Virus record (IMG/VR): IMGVR_UViG_3300037423_000584
Reading direction: 5' to 3' (one strand)
Length of the DNA: 64,000 nt
Source of the DNA: a virus
Positions 41,105 through 50,243 of the stretch are shown in pieces (the first letter of the stretch is position 1; every line of letters starts with the position of its first letter). Both the position numbers and the translations under genes were made by a program. Below the pieces are notes generated by a model that did no database searches, was not told the origin of the DNA, and was given only the letters and a program-made list of their open reading frames with translations.

Positions 41105-41314
41105 ATGACTACGTACTATAAATTAAGAAATGAGAGATCTGGATATAGAATAATAAAATATCCGCAAGGTGAACCTCACTTATATCTTCTTAAGAACGGA
41201 ACTTGGTATCGTTGGTATAATAATAGAATTCTTTTTAATTCAAGAAGATATGCGATTCAAATTTTCAAAAAATATTATCCAAACGATAGGTTAATAGATG
41301 AATCCACTTCCTGA
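41105..41314 (+). CDS. NSxRYA-family small protein
   Basis: YLLKNGTW...FNSRRYAIQIFKKYYP. Confidence 0.8.
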   Translation: MTTYYKLRNERSGYRIIKYPQGEPHLYLLKNGTWYRWYNNRILFNSRRYAIQIFKKYYPNDRLIDESTS

Positions 41315-41513
41315 TACTGAATATGAAATAGCTTCTGGTTTTCGCGGATATAGAATAATAAAATGGTTCTGGGATAACAATAATATATATCGTTATAATT
41401 ATCTTGATAAAAATGGCAACTGGACCAGAGAACATTGCCATTATAATTCAAAGAGATATGCTATAAGTATATTTAAAAAATATCTTCCAAAAACAAAATT
41501 CTTTATAAAATAA
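41298..41513 (+). CDS. NSxRYA-family small protein
   Basis: YLDKNGNW...YNSKRYAISIFKKYLP. Confidence 0.8.
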   Translation: MNPLPDTEYEIASGFRGYRIIKWFWDNNNIYRYNYLDKNGNWTREHCHYNSKRYAISIFKKYLPKTKFFIK

Positions 41514-41517
41514 CAAC

Positions 41518-41661
41518 GCCCCAGTGGTCTAATAGGCGAGGAGTGAATTTGAGAAGTCCCCAGTTTGCTGTGCAAACAGTAGATATGGCACCTCATATTT
41601 ACGAATCATATGACAGTGCTCTCTCAGAGCAAAGATCCAAGTTCGAATCTTGGCTGGGGTA
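41518..41661 (+). ncRNA. tRNA-Glu(CTC)-like RNA with D-loop insertion, copy 8
   Basis: GCCCCAG/CTGGGGT; TGCT-CTCTCAG-AGCA; CCAAG/CTTGG. Confidence 0.85.
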
Positions 41662-41671
41662 TTTTTGATAT

Positions 41672-41929
41672 ATGAAATATTTTATAGATGCTACATGTCC
41701 AGAAGATATAGTTGTCATGAGACAACCAGAAAATCGTGAATTGTATCCAGACTCAGTTTGGCTTAATCACGATGGCAAATGGGAAGATAGTCCATACTAT
41801 GAACGCAACAGAACAGAATATAATAAATTTCTTAAAAGAACTACATTTAATTCTGTAAGATGGGCTCTTTCTGTTTTATATAAAGCAGAAGGTAAAAAGA
41901 TCAAAAAAGAAATAATTACAGATTTTTAA
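41672..41929 (+). CDS. NSxRYA-family small protein
   Basis: WLNHDGKW...FNSVRWALSVLYK. Confidence 0.8.
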   Translation: MKYFIDATCPEDIVVMRQPENRELYPDSVWLNHDGKWEDSPYYERNRTEYNKFLKRTTFNSVRWALSVLYKAEGKKIKKEIITDF

Positions 41930-41934
41930 TTATT

Positions 41935-42081
41935 GCCCCGATGGTCTAATAGGCGACAATGAATTAAGAATATCCCCAGTTTCCTAGCGAAAACGCTAAG
42001 AAATATGGCATATCTTGATTCTGAGTCAGATGACGACAATCTCTCAGATTGTAGATCTTCGTTCGAGTCGAAGTCGGGGTA
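41935..42081 (+). ncRNA. tRNA-Glu(CTC)-like RNA with D-loop insertion, copy 9
   Basis: GCCCCGA/TCGGGGT; ACAAT-CTCTCAG-ATTGT; CTTCG/CGAAG. Confidence 0.85.
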
Positions 42082-42085
42082 TTTT

Positions 42086-42328
42086 ATGACAAAAGAATTA
42101 GTGATATTTAATATTCCCGGAGAACCATCTTATAGAATACAAGCACTTGGATATGATGGTTTTCCCGGTGAAGACGCAAGAGTTGGCAAAAATAAAAAAC
42201 TTCATAATTTAACTGTTTATACTGTTGGTACTTATAATACAGAATTAGATTTTAATTCTCGTCGTTATGCGATACAAGTCGCAAAAGAATTTGATCCATC
42301 TGCTAAAATAACAACTACAAAATACTAA
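42086..42328 (+). CDS. NSxRYA-family small protein
   Basis: MTKELVIF...FNSRRYAIQVAK. Confidence 0.8.
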   Translation: MTKELVIFNIPGEPSYRIQALGYDGFPGEDARVGKNKKLHNLTVYTVGTYNTELDFNSRRYAIQVAKEFDPSAKITTTKY

Positions 42329-42549
42329 TGATAAAGGTTTCAAGATCACATTGGAATAATAAACTTTTCTATGTAATGAATGTAGAAAATAATAATTTCC
42401 TAAGAACAGATGGAACTTGGCGACATCTTGAGCGTGGCTATCTAAGGATAGAACAAAATCCGGAGTTCTATTTCAATTCAAGAAGATGGGCAATTTCTGT
42501 TCTAAAGAAACTAATTCCAGATGTTAAATTTAGAGATTTTGCAAAATGA
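42328..42549 (+). CDS. NSxRYA-family small protein
   Basis: FLRTDGTW...FNSRRWAISVLKKLIP. Confidence 0.8.
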   Translation: MIKVSRSHWNNKLFYVMNVENNNFLRTDGTWRHLERGYLRIEQNPEFYFNSRRWAISVLKKLIPDVKFRDFAK

Positions 42550-42779
42550 AAGAATGTTGGATATCAGACTGGCACAGTGGCATGGTATGGATAAACGAAG
42601 GAAGATTTCCTGATTCTCTAAGATCACTAACTATTTATGGAACATTAGAACCTTGGGTAGCAGGAAACAAAAAGTTTACATTTTCATCCAGAAGATATGC
42701 AATTCAAGTTCTAAGAAAATATTTTCCAAATTGTAAAATAACTAGAGATATGCAAAAAGAAAAAGAAAGACGTAGATAA
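42546..42779 (+). CDS. NSxRYA-family small protein
   Basis: FSSRRYAIQVLRKYFP. Confidence 0.75.
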   Translation: MKECWISDWHSGMVWINEGRFPDSLRSLTIYGTLEPWVAGNKKFTFSSRRYAIQVLRKYFPNCKITRDMQKEKERRR

Positions 42780-42798
42780 AAGTTTGTAATTATTTTAC

Positions 42799-42945
42799 GC
42801 CGCTTTGGTCTAATAGGAGGTGAGGATATGGGACTAATCCCCAGCTTTCTTGCGAAAGCGAGACAGTATGGCATTGCCTAATATTCAAACCAAATGATAT
42901 CTTTCTCTCAGAAAGAAGATAAAGGTTCGAATCCTTTAAGCGGTA
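42799..42945 (+). ncRNA. tRNA-Glu(CTC)-like RNA with D-loop insertion, copy 10
   Basis: GCCGCTT/AAGCGGT; TCTTT-CTCTCAG-AAAGA; AAAGG/CCTTT. Confidence 0.85.
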
Positions 42946-42953
42946 TTTAGATT

Positions 42954-43175
42954 ATGAGATATATTATATTTAATGGCACATTAGGATGGTTAGTTTGGAC
43001 AGACACTGCTCCAAATGAAAAATATTTACATAAAAGTGGAGATATTAGAGAATGGGATCGTACTAATTGGAAAGATCATTGTGTAAATTCACGAAGACAT
43101 GCAATACAATTAATAAAGAAAATTGATCCAAAAGCTAAAATAATATCATATAGATATAGATATCCTGAAAGATAA
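42954..43175 (+). CDS. NSxRYA-family small protein
   Basis: YLHKSG...VNSRRHAIQLIKKIDP. Confidence 0.8.
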   Translation: MRYIIFNGTLGWLVWTDTAPNEKYLHKSGDIREWDRTNWKDHCVNSRRHAIQLIKKIDPKAKIISYRYRYPER

Positions 43176-43180
43176 AACAC

Positions 43181-43299
43181 GCCCCAGTAGTTTAACAGGG
43201 TAACTAGAGTTATTATACGCCACGGGCCGAATTAACTTAAGTTACAAAGAACAATCAACTCTCAGTTGAAAAGTATTCGTTCGAATCGGATCTGGGGTA
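43181..43299 (+). ncRNA. tRNA-Glu(CTC)-like RNA with short D-loop insertion, copy 11
   Basis: GCCCCAG/CTGGGGT; TCAA-CTCTCAG-TTGA; insert stem GTAACT...AGTTAC. Confidence 0.8.
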
Positions 43300-43309
43300 C
43301 TTAAACTAT

Positions 43310-43528
43310 ATGACTGAATACATATTATGGAAATCAAATGACTACAGAGGTTACTTCTTTGTAACAAAATATGATGAATATGGATATTGTAAGGCATATT
43401 TATCAAAATCTGTTTCGTGGACTCATCAATTAGATAGAAATATAACTTATTTTAATTCAGAAAGATACGCTATTCAAATATTAAAATTATTGGTTCCTAA
43501 CGCAAAGTATACTAAGTATAAGTATTAA
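43310..43528 (+). CDS. NSxRYA-family small protein
   Basis: YLSKSVSW...FNSERYAIQILK. Confidence 0.8.
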   Translation: MTEYILWKSNDYRGYFFVTKYDEYGYCKAYLSKSVSWTHQLDRNITYFNSERYAIQILKLLVPNAKYTKYKY

Positions 43529-43564
43529 AATCCTCGCATGTGTAATAAGGGAAAACATAAAACC

Positions 43565-44371
43565 TTATTGCATAGATGCGAGATGTAAACATTTTATCCT
43601 TTTGTCTATTATTGACTTTATTTGATCATAAAATTCAAGTATTTTATATTGTTTACCACAATATCTATGAGATATATCTATTATATGTAATTCGATATTG
43701 TTTTCATTACATAATATTTGTTTTCTTTTATCAGATTCAGTTGTTCTATTAAAACTTTTTTCTCCGTAAATTGGTTTATAATGACAAATTCCATTAATTT
43801 CGAAAGCAATATCTAACTTTGGTATTAATATATCAAGTTCAAGTCCAGATAGAATATTTCTATTATTGAATAGAATATTTAAATCTGGATAATTTTTTCT
43901 TAATAGTTTTTCTATACAAATTTCTGCTTTTGATCTTCCTAAATCATTTTTTTGACAGTAGTTGTGATAACACGGTCCAGAACAAAAATTTCTTTCATTA
44001 TTATTGCTTGGTTTTCTGAAAATATCCTTATTGCAATAAGCACAATTTGATTTTATTTTTTCTGGTCCTCTAGGATCGTGTCCATGTCTTTCTTTTAAGG
44101 TATAAACAGAACAGCATTTCCTAGAACAAAAGTGTCTAGGATATTCTTTAACTTGTCCAGTAAGTTTATTAAATACTTTATCACATCTTAAGCATTTTAC
44201 TTCTGTATATGTTTTGTAATCTTTTAATTGTTGCCTTCTGAAATAAGTTGTTCTACAAGATCTTGTACAGAAATTAGATGTTGTTCTTTTAATTTCCGAA
44301 TTAAATTTTAGAAATTCATTATCACAATATAAACACTTAACTAAGGTACTATTATTTAAATTTTTATGCAT
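43565..44371 (-). CDS. putative homing endonuclease: three CxxC/FCSxxC zinc repeats plus Vsr/DUF559-like PD-(D/E)XK domain
   Basis: SKAE...ELDILIP..DIAFEINGICHY...D.RK. Confidence 0.8.
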   Translation of the reverse strand: MHKNLNNSTLVKCLYCDNEFLKFNSEIKRTTSNFCTRSCRTTYFRRQQLKDYKTYTEVKCLRCDKVFNKLTGQVKEYPRHFCSRKCCSVYTLKERHGHDPRGPEKIKSNCAYCNKDIFRKPSNNNERNFCSGPCYHNYCQKNDLGRSKAEICIEKLLRKNYPDLNILFNNRNILSGLELDILIPKLDIAFEINGICHYKPIYGEKSFNRTTESDKRKQILCNENNIELHIIDISHRYCGKQYKILEFYDQIKSIIDKRIKCLHLASMQ

Positions 44372-45004
44372 AAAACTATAAATGAAAGTTATGGAATAAT
44401 TAATAAAAATGTTGGATATCGATATTTATTATCGAGTCCAGACAATATTGATGTTAATAAAAAATATCCTCTTATTGTCTATCTATCATCAGCGGGATGT
44501 AGAGGAAGTATAGAAGCCGTAAAACAAGAATCTGTTTGTTCTTGGTTTAAAAACCATATTCCTTTTTATGTTCTTGCACCCGTTTGTCCTCATAACGAAA
44601 TTTATGATCCTGACTCTGTAAAATATTTGATTGATAAAACAGTTGCAGAAAATCCTATTGATATAAATCGTTTATATGTCAGTGGATACAGTATGGGGTC
44701 AAGAGGCTGTCATAATTGTCTTTCTGAGTATCCAGATCTATTTGCAGCTTCAGTTATAGTCTGTGGAGTGTCGTCATATCTAGTTGCTGCTAAATATGCT
44801 CATGTTCCAATACATCTATTTCACGGTGATAAAGACGAAGTTGTTAGTATAAACGAATCCTTAAAAATATTTCATGCTTTAAGAGAGCATGGTGGTAATC
44901 CTAAGTTCCAAGTTCTTAAAGGATTTGGACATGATATTTACGAAGAAGTTTATGGTTCCACCGATACGTATCGGTGGTTATTGTCTCATTCTAAGAAAGG
45001 GTAA
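44366..45004 (+). CDS. alpha/beta-hydrolase (esterase/peptidase)
   Basis: KYPLIVYL, RLYVSGYSMG, HGDKDEVV, GH triad pattern. Confidence 0.85.
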   Translation: MHKTINESYGIINKNVGYRYLLSSPDNIDVNKKYPLIVYLSSAGCRGSIEAVKQESVCSWFKNHIPFYVLAPVCPHNEIYDPDSVKYLIDKTVAENPIDINRLYVSGYSMGSRGCHNCLSEYPDLFAASVIVCGVSSYLVAAKYAHVPIHLFHGDKDEVVSINESLKIFHALREHGGNPKFQVLKGFGHDIYEEVYGSTDTYRWLLSHSKKG

Positions 45005-45006
45005 TT

Positions 45007-45153
45007 ATGCCTGGTCCGTCTGGTCAAGTTAATGCTCGTCATGCTCGTCATACCGCTGGCAAGAAGGGCTTTGGTGCCGAACGTCATCTTATGAATCTTT
45101 CTCCTTCTACGGAACGTGGGAAGCGTCGTAGGGCGAAGAAGGGTAAGAAGTAA
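45007..45153 (+). CDS. 48-aa very basic peptide (not in ORF track)
   Basis: MPGPSGQVNARHARH...ERGKRRRAKKGKK; CGT/AAG-rich codon usage. Confidence 0.55.
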   Translation: MPGPSGQVNARHARHTAGKKGFGAERHLMNLSPSTERGKRRRAKKGKK

Positions 45154-45351
45154 TAAATATATGGAAGCAATACTGTTTAAAACAGTTGTATCGTTTTTTG
45201 TTTGTGTTTTTATTGGATTCTTTGTAGCATTAGCTACTTCTGGTAATGACGAAGCTTTAGCTAAATGGTATACCCACAAATACTTTCCATGTATTTGTAT
45301 TATTTTTGGGTCTACTATTGTCGTAGAAATAATGCTATTTTAATATAGCTC

Positions 45352-45498
45352 GCCCGCATGGTCTAATAGGCGAATATAATATTACCCAATCCCCAGCTTT
45401 TGTGCAAAAAGCATAAGAGCATGGCATTGGGTTTTATTATATTCATATGACAGTCACCTCTCAGGTGACAGATGAAAGTTCGACTCTTTCTGCGGGTA
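45352..45498 (+). ncRNA. tRNA-Glu(CTC)-like RNA with D-loop insertion, copy 12
   Basis: GCCCGCA/TGCGGGT; GTCAC-CTCTCAG-GTGAC; GAAAG/CTTTC. Confidence 0.85.
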
Positions 45499-45505
45499 TT
45501 TTGTT

Positions 45506-45751
45506 ATGTTAATACGTTTGTATCAAAATCCAAATCCAAATAGTAATACATTTATATGCTATATCAAGAATAATTCAGAAAATTGGCCTTGGGGTAAAAC
45601 ATATTATCTGAAAAATAATGGTGTGTGGCATAAAAATAGATGGCCCGGATGGGACGATAAATGTCATAATATAATATATAATTCTAGAAGATACGCTATA
45701 CAAACAATCAAAAAATATTTTCCAGATGCAAGAATCAAAGAAATTAAATAA
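45506..45751 (+). CDS. NSxRYA-family small protein
   Basis: YLKNNGVW...YNSRRYAIQTIKKYFP. Confidence 0.8.
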   Translation: MLIRLYQNPNPNSNTFICYIKNNSENWPWGKTYYLKNNGVWHKNRWPGWDDKCHNIIYNSRRYAIQTIKKYFPDARIKEIK

Positions 45752-45932
45752 TTTATTCAAAATGCTATCTTATTCATCAGATGGTATCATGAATATTTAT
45801 ATCAGAGATAAAAAGTATAGTTATATAAATGTTCCAAGAAATCTTTATCAAAGAATAGATTTTCTTATATCTAAAAACAATAACTCTTTAGTATCTAAAT
45901 TATTAAAAAATGTTCAAATATATAATAATTAA
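45726..45932 (+). CDS. KTSC-like small protein
   Basis: YSYINVPRNLY motif. Confidence 0.4.
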   Translation: MQESKKLNNLFKMLSYSSDGIMNIYIRDKKYSYINVPRNLYQRIDFLISKNNNSLVSKLLKNVQIYNN

Positions 45933-46143
45933 ATCTTCGATGGTAAGAGGATCTTTTTATATAAAAAGAACTTCAGACAATGATAATAAAAGATGGTTTC
46001 TAAATCCTAAAAAAGATCTTTGGGAAGATCGTATTGATTATATAAACACTCGACATTTGTATTATAATTCATACAGATATGCAGTACAAAGACTTAAGAA
46101 ATTGATACCTGATATAAAGTTTATCTATCAGGATTTTTCATAA
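45910..46143 (+). CDS. NSxRYA-family small protein
   Basis: YNSYRYAVQRLKKLIP. Confidence 0.8.
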   Translation: MFKYIIIKSSMVRGSFYIKRTSDNDNKRWFLNPKKDLWEDRIDYINTRHLYYNSYRYAVQRLKKLIPDIKFIYQDFS

Positions 46144-46144
46144 T

Positions 46145-46390
46145 ATGTATAAATACGAAATAGTCAAATCTAAACATCATAAGAAAAATTGGTTCTTTAT
46201 AAGAAGAAGACCAACGAAAAGAAATACTTGGATATGGGGATATTTATCCGATTCTTTTGAACGTTGGCATTGGGTATATCGCGAATGGGATTCCGAATAT
46301 CATTATAATTCCTTTAGACGAGCAGTACAGCGTCTTAAAGAAATTGTTCCAAATGCTAAGTATAGATTTATAGATCAAACAAAGTTATAA
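46145..46390 (+). CDS. NSxRYA-family small protein
   Basis: YNSFRRAVQRLKEIVP. Confidence 0.8.
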   Translation: MYKYEIVKSKHHKKNWFFIRRRPTKRNTWIWGYLSDSFERWHWVYREWDSEYHYNSFRRAVQRLKEIVPNAKYRFIDQTKL

Positions 46391-46614
46391 TGATATATAA
46401 AGTAATGAAATTTGGTAGAATGGGATGGTACATTACATCTATTATTCCAATAAATAAAGAGTATCCAAATAGAGATTATTATCTTCACAAAGATGGCAGA
46501 TGGATATATGGAACTATGAATGAAAATAAAGAATATTCTGGATATTTTAATACCAGAAGATATGCCATTCAAGTATTAAAGAAATATTACCCAGATGCAA
46601 AAGTGGCAAAATGA
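46390..46614 (+). CDS. NSxRYA-family small protein
   Basis: YLHKDGRW...FNTRRYAIQVLKKYYP. Confidence 0.8.
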   Translation: MIYKVMKFGRMGWYITSIIPINKEYPNRDYYLHKDGRWIYGTMNENKEYSGYFNTRRYAIQVLKKYYPDAKVAK

Positions 46615-46844
46615 AATGGTTAGTAGCTAATCAATATGCAAATCATTGGTACGTTTGTAGAATAGAACGTCTCGACTTTAGACATAAAACAATATATCTT
46701 TCTAAAACAGGAAAAGAAATTATTGGTCCATATAATAATTTTGGCCAACTTTACTTTAATTCCCGAAGATTTGCAATACAAATAGTTAAACAAGTAGACA
46801 AAAATGCTAAATTGGTTAAAAACGCAATCGAGCTATTTAATTAG
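46611..46844 (+). CDS. NSxRYA-family small protein
   Basis: YLSKTG...FNSRRFAIQIVK. Confidence 0.8.
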   Translation: MKWLVANQYANHWYVCRIERLDFRHKTIYLSKTGKEIIGPYNNFGQLYFNSRRFAIQIVKQVDKNAKLVKNAIELFN

Positions 46845-47097
46845 TTGCTTTTTCATTAAAAAAAATAGATATAAGTATCAGATTGTTGTTAAGACAAACG
46901 GTTATCGTTATATCCAACGTTTTGATAGAGAATTTGAACTATTTTCTTATCTTACAAAGAAAGGTAAATGGGACATAAGAAGACCATATAGTGTATTCGA
47001 AGATAATGATAGACTATATAATAGTAGACGATTTGCGATTTCACAATTGAAATCAAAAATAGGCGATAAAGAATTTCAAGAAATAAAAGGTTTGTAA
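46804..47097 (+). CDS. NSxRYA-family small protein (start uncertain)
   Basis: YLTKKGKW...YNSRRFAISQLK. Confidence 0.75.
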   Translation: MLNWLKTQSSYLISCFFIKKNRYKYQIVVKTNGYRYIQRFDREFELFSYLTKKGKWDIRRPYSVFEDNDRLYNSRRFAISQLKSKIGDKEFQEIKGL

Positions 47098-47103
47098 TTA
47101 ATC

Positions 47104-47249
47104 GCCCCATTAGTTTAACAGGACAGTTTGTTGATTTTACCAAGTCCACGGCTTTTTGCGAAAGCAAAAAGTACGCCACCGTTTGATCGACTTACTAAAA
47201 ACCTCTTTCTCTCAGAAAGATGATTTACGTTCGAATCGTAAATGGGGTA
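47104..47249 (+). ncRNA. tRNA-Glu(CTC)-like RNA with D-loop insertion, copy 13
   Basis: GCCCCAT/ATGGGGT; TCTTT-CTCTCAG-AAAGA; insert class CCACGG/TACGCC like copy 1. Confidence 0.85.
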
Positions 47250-47253
47250 TTAT

Positions 47254-47481
47254 ATGTTTCACTATGCTTTGGCGATACAAAATCAGGCTTTAAACACGTT
47301 TAGAATAGTACGTTTTGGAGGTGGATTTGGAGCACATCGTCTTAATAAAGATGGAAAATTTGTTCCAATAGGAGAAAAATATGAAAAATATAATTCTAGA
47401 AGGCATGCTATACAAATGTTTAAAAAATTCGTTCCAAACGAAAAACTATTTGATAATAGTACCGGCAAAGTAATTAAATAG
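47254..47481 (+). CDS. NSxRYA-family small protein
   Basis: LNKDGKF...YNSRRHAIQMFKKFVP. Confidence 0.8.
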   Translation: MFHYALAIQNQALNTFRIVRFGGGFGAHRLNKDGKFVPIGEKYEKYNSRRHAIQMFKKFVPNEKLFDNSTGKVIK

Positions 47482-47486
47482 AATAT

Positions 47487-47691
47487 GCCCCACTAGTTTA
47501 ACAGGAAGTACATGTAACTTGTGGACCAAAGTTCCCAGTCTAGATATTACAATTCTCTTATGTATCGACAGTATACATTTGTGATCGCAAGATCTCAGAG
47601 GATTTGTTTTTGATGATATGGCACTCCATGTTCGGTACGAAAACAGTTGTCTCTCAGATAAAAGATCGTCGTTCGAATCGACGGTGGGGTA
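47487..47691 (+). ncRNA. tRNA-Glu(CTC)-like RNA with extra-long D-loop insertion, copy 14
   Basis: GCCCCAC/GTGGGGT; TTGT-CTCTCAG-ATAA; CGTCG/CGACG; TCCCAG...ATGGCA core enclosing about 75 nt. Confidence 0.8.
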
Positions 47692-47698
47692 CTTTATT

Positions 47699-48285
47699 AT
47701 GATTCAAAATAATATAGCCAAAATAACTCTCAATGCTTTAATTAGAATCCTTAGCAATTTATCTACTATAGACAAAAAACTAAATATAAAACCGGGAGAA
47801 TATTCTCCTAATATTCTTATAATGGAAATAGATGGGGGTCCAAATGATGGAAGACTTGTTTGGTCAGCAAAAGATCAACAAGCTTATTACGTAACAGACC
47901 AATGGTTTAATATAATTACCAAGAAGAAAGAAGAAACATTAGATACGCAAAATGCTAATTCTATTGTTTTAAATATATGAAAATAACATTAAAGGCTCTT
48001 CATAAAATGCTACTTGCAGTATTTCCATTGAAGCACTTTAGTTTTGATGGAAGTCCACAGGGAGAACTATATTTTTGGGCAGATGGAACAGTTGAATCTG
48101 GCCAAGGCTTTTTGTGTTATTCGATAGAAACAGATGAAATAACTCTTATATCTAATACATGGAAACCAAAAATAGAAGAATTTCTTAGATCTATTGGAAA
48201 TAAAACCAAAGAACAACAAGAATTATTTTCTGACGCCGATTTCGCAGAGTATCAAAAACACAATTGTTTAGGAACAGATATATGA
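47699..48285 (+). other. two paralogous ORFs (47699-47980, 47977-48285); third paralog 49743-50069
   Basis: Shared KITLxAxxxxL N-terminus and L.[WY]....Q/E.....W C-terminus. Confidence 0.55.
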
Positions 48286-49022
48286 AGAAAAAGCGGCACG
48301 ACAAGATTTGTTTACTTTGTAAAAAATCTAGAGCCATTTATGCTATTCAAAATCTATTCTTGCCAAATGGCAAAGTTCCTAAGAGGAAAAGAACACAAAT
48401 AAGAACTAGACCGATTATTTGTGATTGTTGTGCTAGTCCTGATAAGTTTGCCATTCCTGTTATTATAACTAAAAGTCCTGAACAGTGTAAGGATTTGATT
48501 TGTAAGTATGCCGAAAATTCCAAAGATAGAAAAGACTATTCACCGATTCTTCTTTATCAAAATCCCAAATCAATAGAGCTTGCTAATAAAGATCCTCTAC
48601 CTATTTGGGTAATGTCGAGACAAATGGTGGGTACTATGCAAATAGATGCTCCTCATATTGTTATTTCGATTACCAATCCGGGATCTAATCCTGCATTTAT
48701 CAATCAAAATGGATATCTTTTAGATATACATCGTGTTTCCTTTGATGATGCAGATAAATTCCATAAAGACGGTAAGACTTATAATATAATCACAGAGAAA
48801 CAGGCAAAGGATATCTGGCACTTTGTCAAGAAAAATAAGTGGCGAACAAGTGTAATTGTTTGTCATTGTGAAGCAGGACGAAGCAGAAGTGCGGGTGTTG
48901 CCGCCGCTTTGTCTAAGATAATTAATGGAACCGACGAAGAATATTTTAAGAAATATACTCCTAATAGTAAAGCTTATGCCGCTATATTAAAGGTGGTTTA
49001 TGGCGATCATGCCAAACAATAA
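48282..49022 (+). CDS. protein-tyrosine/dual-specificity phosphatase-like protein
   Basis: VISIT...FDD...VCHCEAGRSRSAGVA (CX5R). Confidence 0.8.
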   Translation: MKKKRHDKICLLCKKSRAIYAIQNLFLPNGKVPKRKRTQIRTRPIICDCCASPDKFAIPVIITKSPEQCKDLICKYAENSKDRKDYSPILLYQNPKSIELANKDPLPIWVMSRQMVGTMQIDAPHIVISITNPGSNPAFINQNGYLLDIHRVSFDDADKFHKDGKTYNIITEKQAKDIWHFVKKNKWRTSVIVCHCEAGRSRSAGVAAALSKIINGTDEEYFKKYTPNSKAYAAILKVVYGDHAKQ

Positions 49023-49180
49023 TAAAGTATTCTGGCTTATTCTACTGATCATTTCTTTTTGTATGTTTTGGTTCTCACTAAGATACGGAGTAGATAAAGC
49101 AAATCCTATTAATTTGACTATAGTTTTACTAATAACAATTTACTCATCTGTAATGTTGTCATTAGATAAATAAACTAAAA

Positions 49181-49314
49181 TCCCAGCGTAGTTTAAATAC
49201 GAGCATCTGATCTAAACACCAAGGAGTGAAATCTTTGGTGTATTTTTGTTTGTCTTGTGGGAAAACATCGCTCGCTTGGGCGACATTAAGAGTTCGAATC
49301 TCTTCGTCTGGGAC
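49181..49314 (+). ncRNA. degenerate tRNA-like RNA with D-loop insertion
   Basis: TCCCAG/CTGGGA; GTTT/AAAC D stem; TCGCT/GGCGA arm; AAGAG-TTCGAAT-CTCTT. Confidence 0.6.
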
Positions 49315-50074
49315 TTTTATGAAAGGCAATATGCATAGCACAAATGGAAATCTTGCTAGCCTAGTAAGGACCTCTGTTATAGAAGATCATGGTATGAAAT
49401 TATATATCTGGGATAGTATACCTGGATATGAATCTTTCATGGTATTTGCTTCTTCCACAGAAGAAGCCATACAAAAATGCGAAGAATCTATGATGCCATT
49501 TGAAATACTAAAGCATCTTAAAGATTTTCCACCGTGTAGAATTGTAGAAAATAAACCTACCATTATTGCTATTAGATCCAATATAATTATATGAGTACAA
49601 CAGAAATAAATGAAGAACGTCTTTATCCTTCCATAGTTAAATATCCTAAAGATCCTCCGTCTGCATCAGAACTAGAACGATTGGAAAAAGAAGAGAAAGA
49701 AAAATCGGAGATAAAGAAGTGACCCTTTTGATAGGCATTGAAATGATTAAAATTACCTTGTCTGCCGTTGTTAGAATCCTTGCGAAACAGGGATTTCAAT
49801 ATATTATAGAAACAGTAGATGACACGGAACATGACACTGTATGTTTTGTGACTTCTGATGGTTATCCAGAAACAGTCGGTCCTTTTGTTTACGATAATAC
49901 TCAAGAAGGTCTTCAACAAGCATTACACAAGCGTGCTCATAAAAAGACTCCTTTGTTGTATTATAACATGGAAACACAAATGATAACTTCTTGTTGTCAA
50001 GAATGGCTTGATCTTTTTAAGGACGAAGCTAGAGCTTGTAAAGATAATTCTATAGCTATTGTTCAATAACTAAC

Positions 50075-50237
50075 GCCCCAGTAGTTTAATAGGGAATTTT
50101 AGAAACCGGTCATACGTTGAAAACTAGTAGATTCCTAGAATCGAAAGTAAGTACATACGCTCATTCCGTGAAGTATAAAGTTCAAAGAACGTTATCCTCT
50201 CAGGATCATGGTCTTGGTTCGAATCCAAGTTGGGGTA
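50075..50237 (+). ncRNA. tRNA-Glu(CTC)-like RNA with divergent D-loop insertion, copy 15
   Basis: GCCCCAG/TTGGGGT; ATC-CTCTCAG-GAT; CTTGG-TTCGAAT-CCAAG. Confidence 0.75.
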
Positions 50238-50243
50238 TTTAAT

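Noticed and set aside
39883-47691. CRISPR array or integron cassette array interpretation of the repeated RNA plus ORF units
   Set aside because: Repeats are conserved in structure rather than sequence, spacing is irregular, and no cas or integrase gene is in the window
25558-47691. D-loop inserts as archaeal-type BHB introns or group I/II introns
   Set aside because: No consistent bulge-helix-bulge at the junctions, too short for self-splicing introns, and they keep a conserved internal motif; splicing is not formally excluded
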